64,000 nt of DNA from the NCBI RefSeq assembly GCF_037042905.1, contig NC_087245.1, positions 27,282,001-27,346,000 of the forward strand. The letters run 5' to 3'. Under the pieces are notes generated by a model. The model was not told where the DNA came from. It ran no database searches and worked only from the letters and a program-made list of their open reading frames with translations. Of this stretch, positions 55,153 through 64,000 are shown piece after piece. Source of the DNA: Lytechinus pictus. Lineage: Eukaryota. The translations under genes and the position numbers were made by a program. How positions within the stretch are numbered: position 1 is the stretch's first letter; the number at the start of each line of letters is the position of its first letter.

Positions 55153-56715
55153 CAGTGGCGTAACAGGCGGGGGGGGGGGGGCAGGGGGGGGGGCAAGTTG
55201 CCCCCCCTGGCAAAAATAAAAGAAAAACGGGAAAAAGAAAAAAAAGGAGGGAAAAAGAAAGGGAAAGGGGAATGAAAGGAGGAAAAGGAAAGGGAATAGT
55301 GAAAAGAAAACGAAGAAAAAACATTTTTTTAAATGGAAAAGGAAGGAAAGCATGAAAATGTACGAAAGAAGAACATTTGAAAAAGAACAAATCATTCTGA
55401 AATAGGCCTATGCAATGCAATAGCACGGTGGGAAATAAATTAAAAGATGACAAAATGGCAAACAATAGCGGGAAACGAAGGTAGATGTAATTAGTCAAAA
55501 GATAAATTGGAAAACAAAGAAAAGGGACAAGAAAAAAAATAATAACACGACCGGGCTTCCGATGATTGAAATTAAAGAGCGGGAAGAAAGATGGACTGCA
55601 TACAACATTGTGCTATATAAGCTTGCTAAATTTTATGCAAATAAGCTACCGGGGCTTTGCCCCAGACCCCACGCAGTAGGGGCTCTTCATTTATAAACTT
55701 CAAATGGCTCTATAACGCCCCCGTTCATTCACGTTCAATCACTGGCATACAGGCGCGGGGGGGGGGGGGTCTTGGTTCCACACCCAAGAGGAAATAAAAG
55801 AAATTATAGGAGACAACGTATAATGAAATTAATGGAAACAATAAAATGTGTTATTTGCTGAATCTAATGGAACAATCTATCACATAATTAGATTTTAATT
55901 TCAATAGGCAATTTTTTTCCAGCTCACTTTAATTGCACGCTGGCGACTTTTTACAAAATGTTCCAACATTGCTATGTTTTGCCCCCTCAAAATATTTGGT
56001 TCATTACGCAACTGGGTTGAATAAATGTGTTTTGTAAAAGCTATATTCTGTACATGCCCGCGATTTGATTGAAATAGCGGCAATCTGCGAGGTTTAAATG
56101 GCTTTGATATCAAGAGGTTCTGGGGCTCCGCCCCGGACCCCAACCGCACAGCACTGCGTAAAAAAGGAGGAAATAAAAGCGAAGGAAAAGTGTAGGATAT
56201 GATTTTATTTACTGAATATAATGTAAAAAATAGCTCAAAGTTCGATTCTCATGAAAAGGTGATTTTTTTTCTCGCTCGCTTCCCTCGCTCGGGACTTATA
56301 TAAAGCAGCTTTTTAGCACATATGCTATACTGCGCCCCCGTTTTTTTTTTTTTTTTTTTTTTACTCTTCACGCTACTGCCGCAAAGAATCCTGTTCACAG
56401 TGGCGTACAGACCACAAAAAAAAAAGGAATCTAAAGAGAGAAGAGTGAAATATATTATTCTCTGGATATCATGTCACAATCTAGCACAAAATTTGATTTT
56501 TGTATTAACATGGTCAAAGTTTTTGCTCACTCGCTTCGCTTGCTCGCAACTTTTTATTAAAGAGAAATTCTGCCCGATACGCAATATCTGGCCTTCTCAA
56601 AATAGTCGCCTCATTACACCATTACGCCTGTTCATACCATGATATGACCGGGATTTTTTGGCTCTTGCCCACCCCCCCCCCCCCCCCTTGGCCACCGACC
56701 CCTGTTACGCCGCTG
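55153..56715. mobile_element. Composite hAT-like element
   Basis: Perfect 8-bp TSD gcagcacc; TIRs cagtggcgtaacagg / cctgttacgccgctg. Confidence 0.85.
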
Positions 56716-59467
56716 GCAGCACCCATATTTCTGTACAAGAACATGTTTTATGTACGGCTTTTATTTGATCAATGTCATCAGTAACGTGACTTGAATGATA
56801 TATGGTTAGGCCTATATTTGTTTAGATTATCCCCCGCTTCCACGAAGGTGCCAGGATGTTATCCCCACACCAGGGTAATGAAAACTTTTAACCATATTTA
56901 AAAGTGTTCAGAATCATATAATTCATAAATGGTATAATGATTGTACTCTAGTGATGCAGCGGATATAACCTTTGCAGTAAAGCCAACGTTGAAATTTTGT
57001 TTAATTTAGCATTAATTCCATTTCATACAATCATTTGTTTTCTTCCATTTCACGAATTTCTTCATCTTTGTATACATGAATTCATACAAAATCAATTTGT
57101 CATAAGGAATATAAATATATACAAATAATGTAAGGCGTAAATGCCTAGAAGCAAATCTTGTGGCGGCCGGGATACGCCATGGATGATTGTCAGAGAAAAT
57201 TTTTAATAATAATGTAACTTAGGCCCTACCATTTTTTTCAGCAGAATATATTTTTTTCAGGGGGGTGGGGGCACCTGGGGAGGGCACATGATATCTCGGG
57301 GGGGGGGGGGGGCACGTGCCCCCCCCCCGTAGCTACGCCCCTGAGTGAGAGGATAATAAAAAAGGGAAGGGGGGTAGAGAAAGAAATGCAGAGGAAGAAA
57401 ACGAATCGATTAAAAGAGGTTTAGGTTGTTTAACTTTTTGATACCCGTTTTATTCAATTGAGCAGAAAAAAAATAAATATCAAGTCTTCTTTAGCTCACA
57501 TTTCCCTTAGTGCTACCGAATGCAGAATGTTGGTTATAAAAGGCAATCCTATCCGCATTGCATGTAGTTTTGTTTTCAACCAACCTTTGAAAGGGTCGGA
57601 ACGCTATATAACCAGCCTCATATATATTTTTTTTCTTAGAGAATGGTAACGTTATCCTGTAAAGGTTGCCCCCTGGGGCCGAGCAGAGATATGAAGAGTG
57701 TTGTAACATGTCCGCTGGTAGTATTAGGTAGACCCTTGAGGACAATTCTCAAAGGATCTAAACTCCGGAACAACTATATTAATGACCTCATCTTATTCAC
57801 CCGCATTTACCAATGTTCAAAATTTAAATTTCATAGACGGTGTCTCCAATTATGCAGATGCCTTTGAAATGCATACATGTCTGAAATAAAGTAAGGACAG
57901 TATGACAGCTTGTACCAGTGCTCATACTTATATATTTGAGTCTGTCTGGGCAATCTTAAAAATGTTGGGCAACATTATTTACTGTCTGCACAACAATTGG
58001 TTAAAATTTTCTCCAATTCTGGGTAGTTTTAAACCAATAATGTGTGCTTTGGGCATGTTGAAAACTACACAGTATTGGTTGAAAACTACCCAGAATTGGA
58101 TGACTTTTTAAACCAATTGTTGTGTGGACAGGATGTTGTCCAACATTTTAAGAGTGTGAGTGTGTGTCTTTTAATTCTAAACTTAACTCTCAGATGTAGA
58201 ACGATAGCATTTAATGTCTTTTCGTCATTTTTTTTTCAAGTGGGCAATGAAATGATCATTGAGAAACCGCATCGGCCTTTTTCATGCATAATTATGGGCT
58301 ATCATGGCTATGGTCTGTACGTGCTCTGTGTGAACAAGGATGTGGGTGTGTGGATATCTTCATGAATGACATCCTTAGAAAAACTTGCAAGGTAAAATCC
58401 TAAATCGGGATTAGCAGTATGCTGGTTAATATCACCGCCAGCTATCTTAAAAACATTCAGAAAAAGTCCCACGAACAAAGATTTTCAGAGGTCCGCTGTC
58501 AAGCTGAAAAAAAAAACCGGGAACCGTAGAATATCCCTATCTATTGCACGAGATGGTACAGGATAGAGGGGGGGGGGGGGGGGGGGGGGCATGGAGCACG
58601 CTCCCCTTCTCGCCCACTATTGACAATGTTGGTTAGGCTTTACGAGAAGTATCCTCTTTCTGAACTGCAATCATCCCATTTAGGACATTCTTGAGAAATT
58701 AGTTAACATTTTTAATCGTTCAAGTGGTGAACATGATAATGTAGTAGAGTATATAGAATTGAATAGCAGAACAAACACGAAAATTGATAATTCGAAGTGC
58801 ATCCAAAATTGCAACTTTCATGAAAAAAAGATTTTTTATGCAAGAAACTGAATGATTTGGCAAGCAAATGATTGTATGTTCTTTTTTTCGGGATTTTTTT
58901 AAATGAAAAACACCAAACTCACTGATTTTCACTGATTTTCTGCCTTCATCTCTCTCTATCCTACTCCTGATTAAAGGAAGGAGTATATAGGTCATTTTAA
59001 ATATGAGTTTGCAAAATGTTACCGTTTTCTATATTTCGTTTCCAAAGTACCCCAGTGGCAATGACGTACGGTGACCGATGGATCTAAATGACTCACATAT
59101 CAAGTTACCTTCTGAAATTAATCCCACGTAAAAGTAAATATATAGAAAGACGATACATTTATTACGGAGGATGGATTGAGCAGAGAGATTTTGAATTTTA
59201 TTTTCTTCAGGCTTGAATAAATGGGTAAAAAAAAAAGTTTTCTAGAAACCTCTGATTTTAATTAATACATTACCTGCCGGGCACTACATTTATTATTATT
59301 TTTCTCTCTCTCCTCCTTCTCTCTCTCTTTGGAAAAGGGTTGGGTGTTCAATCCATTATTTTTCCTAATTTAAAAAAAAAGAGAGAACCAGATGAATTGC
59401 GGTAAAATGTAAATAGCTGATTAATTCCTCTTTCCCTGAATAAAAATGTTTTATCAAAGGTTGAAGA

Positions 59468-60049
59468 TTAAAGGTCAAGTCCACCCCAGGTAAATGCTGA
59501 CTTGAATAAATAGAGAAAAATCAAATTAGCATATAGTGCTCAAAATTTCATCAAATCGGATATAAAATAAGAAAGTTATGACATTTTAAAAATTTGCTTA
59601 TTTGTCACAAAAAATGATATGCACAACTTGGTGAGTTAGTCGATGATGTCCATCACTCACTATTTCTTTTGTTTTTTATTGTTTGAATTATACAATATTT
59701 CATTTTTTACAGACATGAATGAATCATATATCATTAAACAATGCTAATTCCACATGTTCAGGGAGGAATTAATCGTTGTATCACTTGACAATGAGGAGAA
59801 AATCAGACTATTTCGTATTTCATATAATAAAATACAAAAGAAATAGTGAGTGGATGACGTCATCAGTCTCCTCATTTGCATACCGACGAGGATGTGAATA
59901 TAACTGTTTTGTGAAATTAAGCAAAGCTTTAAAATGTCGTAACTTTCTTATTTTACATCCGATTTTGATGAAATTTTTTGTGTCATGCTTGTTGGATTTT
60001 CCTCTTTTTATTCAAATCAACTTTTTGTTGGGGTGGACTTGTCCTTTAA
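59468..60049. mobile_element. Kolobok-like element (family of 48847-49450)
   Basis: ttaaaggtcaagtccacccc ... ggggtggacttgtcctttaa. Confidence 0.8.
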
Positions 60050-60319
60050 ATAGTTTTAAATGTTATATCCAGTTTTGATAAATCAAGACCGAAAAATATG
60101 AATGAGAACATTTTCCCGTTTTTAAACTAGTAAGCAGCAAGAAACGTTGGATACTTACACTGAAGTACTCCTAACATGATTTCCCCCGGTTATATGAATT
60201 ATACTGTATTCAAACCAGCGGAGAAGATAACTGAACATAATAGTGTCATATACATGGCATGGACAGAGTAACACATCTAGTTTGTATGTCGAATGAATGC
60301 TATATAGCTGTATTTAGAA

Positions 60320-60598
60320 TATCATCATCATCATAATCATAAGCATCATCATCATCATCATCATCATCATCACCACCAACACCAACACAACCACCACCAC
60401 CACCACCACCACCACCACCACCTCCAGCAGCAACACCATTATACTTATCATCATCGTCATCATTTTCACAATCTTAATCATCATCACATCATTTTCATCA
60501 TCATCATCATCATCTTCACCACCACCATCATCATAATCATCATCATCATTATCAGCACAACCTCCAGCAGCAGCACCATCATGATCGTCATCATCAAA
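60320..60598 (+). repeat. Compound (CAT)n/(CAC)n microsatellite
   Basis: Directly visible trinucleotide runs. Confidence 0.95.
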
Positions 60599-63249
60599 AC
60601 ATTCTCTTTCTTATTCTTATTTTCTGTTGCGCCAATATCACCATTTCTATCTGTTTCCTAGTAGTAGTAGCGTCATGAGCCACAAATTGTGAGGGGCAGA
60701 CATGTCGTATCGGGCATTTTAAAGCTGCGAATTATGACCTTCTTGTTACAAATATCTGACATTGCGACACATTTTGACATAATTTTTTTTTAGAGATGAT
60801 GTCATATTTTTTTTTTTTTTGGGGGGGGGGGTCCATGGCCCGAAGGCCCCATCTGTACCCCACGCCAGTGTTCCATGCAACTTCTTTCTCATTTTACCCC
60901 CTTCCATCAGCGAGAAGCAAACTCAATTAAAGACAATGTCCACATACATTAACAGATTGCAACGAATCTGACGACATATATCATGTATTTTTCTTTGAAT
61001 TCATTCGCAAATGCCCCAGGCAGGTAATGTATAAGGACATATCCCTTTAATGTCTCTGTTTCCGTGTGGGTGGTGTAAGAAAAAGTTAAAATTCCTTTCA
61101 AACTTTTCTGTATTCGTTTCATATTTCTTCAACGCAGAATTCGAATGAACTTTCAGTCACTTGATATTATGTCTGAGAAAACCTATTACTTAGTAAACTA
61201 TGTATTTTGAATATTTTTTTTGAATGAAATGAAAAATACTGACCAAGAAAACTGGTCTCTGTGTGTTATTGATTGCACTAGAGAAGTGATTCCCAATGTA
61301 TATGTGGGTAAAGCGAAAGTGCGTGTGTTCGAAAAGTAGGGAGAAAATATTGCTTTTCAACAAGTGAAAAATAAGAGGAAAAGGAAGAGGGGAAAATGAT
61401 AAATATTTTTTTAGATACCATCGCATTCGTTTCTCATGTTTGTTGGGGTGTTTGATCGTGTGTATGAGGATGGGGTGCACGGGAATGGAAATTCGTGTAA
61501 GGGGAGCTATGGGATGGTGTCAGTCTGGATGTGTATTGAGGGAGGGTGTATGCGTTGATAGTGTTCGCGTGTTCTAGAGGATGAGCTAGTGATTTTAAGG
61601 TGTGGGTGTGTATTTAAGGATGAGAGGGTGAATGTGTGGGTGAGTTTGTGTGTCGATTGTGTGTGAGGGCGTGTAAACGTGTGTGTGACCCAATATATAA
61701 AGGAGTTTGTTCTCGCGTGTCTGTTAGGGCGGGTGCATGTGAGGGTGTGTGTAGGTGCGTGCGTGTACATGTGAGTGTGTGCGTGTGGATCGCGTATGTG
61801 TGTGGGTTTGTGCGTTTGAGAGTTATAAATCAAGCTGTCCCCTTTCATGTCGTCGACATGGATTTACGTCCCTGCTTCAACTTCAAAAGCTCCATTTCAA
61901 AAGTCAAGTATCAATATCCTGTTTGCAATCTTCACTAAAATCCCCATTTTAAGTTGAAAGCACCTCCGTTCACCGACTGCCTTTGAGTCTCTCTCTAATT
62001 TTTGTAAAATTTCTGCGAATCCCGTAGAACATGGTTTCCGCTCTTAAAAGAGACAACTAGAGAAAAGGGATGTCACAGTGAACTTGATAAATTTGCTTCC
62101 ACCTTGATAAATGTATTATCTTCCTTTGACAACGGTTTTACTGTTATTGTAATGGTCATTTCTTATATTACCTGTCCTCTAAACGTTGAAACAAATAACT
62201 GATCCTGTCTGCCCCTTGACATTGTAAATTGGTTGCTGTCCTCACGCGGTGTCTTCAAAGTTTCAAGAGTCCTTGGTCTCTGATCAATGAACTATGTCAT
62301 CGAGACATTCCCTTTACCATCTCCCTTCGCTCAGATTTCCCAGTGGCATTATGTGAACAACATTTTACAGAATAACCTTTTCTAAAATTCGTGCTATACC
62401 CTTACAACCTCTCCCCATGAAATAATTATTCTCCATAGCAGAGTCAAATATTAAAAGAGTAATACCGGGGAAGCCATGATAAGAAATTAATGAGTTTTAC
62501 TTATTTTTTTTTAAATCGGTTTAAGGGGACAAATATACCATGGCATAAATCCATTGCATTCAGTTCGCTGGTGAGGCCTCTTCACAGCTTAACAAGAAAA
62601 ATAAAACACTGCGCTTTTTATAACAAAGTAAGGGGACATAAATGAAATATTTTGCAAAGGCCAACTTTTATTTTAAGATTTTACTGACAAATACGACACA
62701 TTTCCTGTCTCTCGTTTCGTGAATACGCTGCCAATTATTTTTTTCGGTTTAGATCATTATTTGGTCCAAAAAATGAAAGAAACTTTCAATAATTTGCGGA
62801 CATCAGATTACCTACGTTAACCATCTCTCTTCAGGTACACAGCCATACACATGCACGCTATTCCACTCTCAAGTACTCAAAACCATAATACATTTGACAT
62901 TTTTTGACCAGATGATATATATTTAATAACACATCATGTGAGATATAAAGAAATATTGGGTTTACATGAAAATAATAACACACCTTTACATAGAAAATAG
63001 TACAATTCTTTGATGATAAAGTTGGTTTTAAATAACAAATTGATATTTACAAGTAAATTGAGATGACCTGTTTACAGGGATCGTGTTCATATGCTCTAAG
63101 TTATGGTAAAATAACAGTGAAATAGCTATCAATATTTGCGTGTGGTAAAAGAGAACGTAAGAAAAAATGTGCATTAGCATAAAGGGTGGCAGAACAGTCT
63201 GAAATACCAAAGAAAACAATCTGCAAACTACAAAACAAAATAAACAATA

Positions 63250-63800
63250 CGTATAAGGTAACAGTGACAATTCGAACACGCATACTGTATATTTTCTATC
63301 ACTGATTCGGGAAACCTTTGTCTTTATGTTGTGTACACATATGTTGGAATAAAGAGGGGGTATTAAATACCTATCGGTAAATCGCCATTGATGCCAATAT
63401 AATTGATAAATCTGGAACATTATTGTATGATCTGTGTTTATTCTCATTATTCGTATAGTACTTTTTTAGCAGGCATGCCAACGAAACCGACTCCAAACCT
63501 ACCCATTATGTCATTAAAAATAACGCTAATTTTATCGGTTTGTAGTCGGTATTTCGTAAGTGTGAAAGCAACGTAAGGTAACTTGTTAAGTAAAAACTTT
63601 AAAGAAAAATTGAATGGATAAAAACATTATGAGTGTTTTGAATTTACATTGGTATTAAAGTTGTTCCGCAGTTATAATCAACGGTATTGCATACACTTTT
63701 TAATGGGATAAGTTACTATTTTAACTACATTGGAATGACTCCAACCAGTTTCCTTTCACATCTGAAAAATTTGGTTTGAATAACGGTACATATTAAAACA
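63250..63800 (-). mobile_element. Degenerate LINE ORF2 3' remnant (boundaries approximate)
   Basis: Minus-strand peptide RINTDHTIMFQIYQ...YLIP...HNIK...SLLPY loosely resembles the C-terminal domain of CR1/RTE-type ORF2; no intact RT motif seen. Confidence 0.35.
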
Positions 63801-64000
63801 ATTTAATAAAACAGAAATTATCCAACCCCTAGCACGTGAATCTTCAAATCATAATAGGTCTATATGCTATCATTGAACTTTTACCAAAGTGTATTCTTCT
63901 TAAATAAAATGAGAAGTAACAAGCGTTAAGTCTTTAGACTTTTTACCTTATCTTTCCAAATGAAAAGAGTTACAATATGCACAAAACGATTTATACAAGA

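Noticed and set aside
57295..57345. Poly-G/poly-C tracts as dedicated G-quadruplex elements
   Set aside because: Such runs occur throughout the window as subterminal parts of MITEs; nothing is locus-specific.
61830..62480. Possible minus-strand coding region
   Set aside because: Frequent stops in all frames; at most a decayed LINE ORF1-like fragment that I cannot support.

Overview
AT-rich, intron-rich eukaryotic (animal) DNA. The repeat families and poly-G-ended MITEs suggest a marine deuterostome such as a sea urchin; this is inference only. Two spliced protein-coding genes can be assembled by hand, and they are convergent. SEC61B (Sec61 translocon beta) is on the + strand, coding ~9952-11779. 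GPD2 (mitochondrial FAD-dependent glycerol-3-phosphate dehydrogenase with C-terminal EF-hands) is on the - strand: 15 coding exons at 24813-37134 give 724 aa, with a probable 5'UTR exon near 41.8 kb. The most striking structure is a >=6.4 kb palindrome at the window start: arms 1-3075 and 3240-6396 around a 164-bp unique spacer. It lies next to a CpG-rich promoter-like region (~7.4-8.2 kb) with splice signals pointing into it. The rest is dominated by non-autonomous DNA transposons (hAT-, Kolobok-, piggyBac-, Harbinger- and TA-target types, often nested), tRNA-type SINEs, degenerate LINE fragments and simple repeats. Nearly all ORFs in the six-frame track are spurious or partial GPD2 exons. 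I found no CRISPR array, rRNA or intact tRNA.
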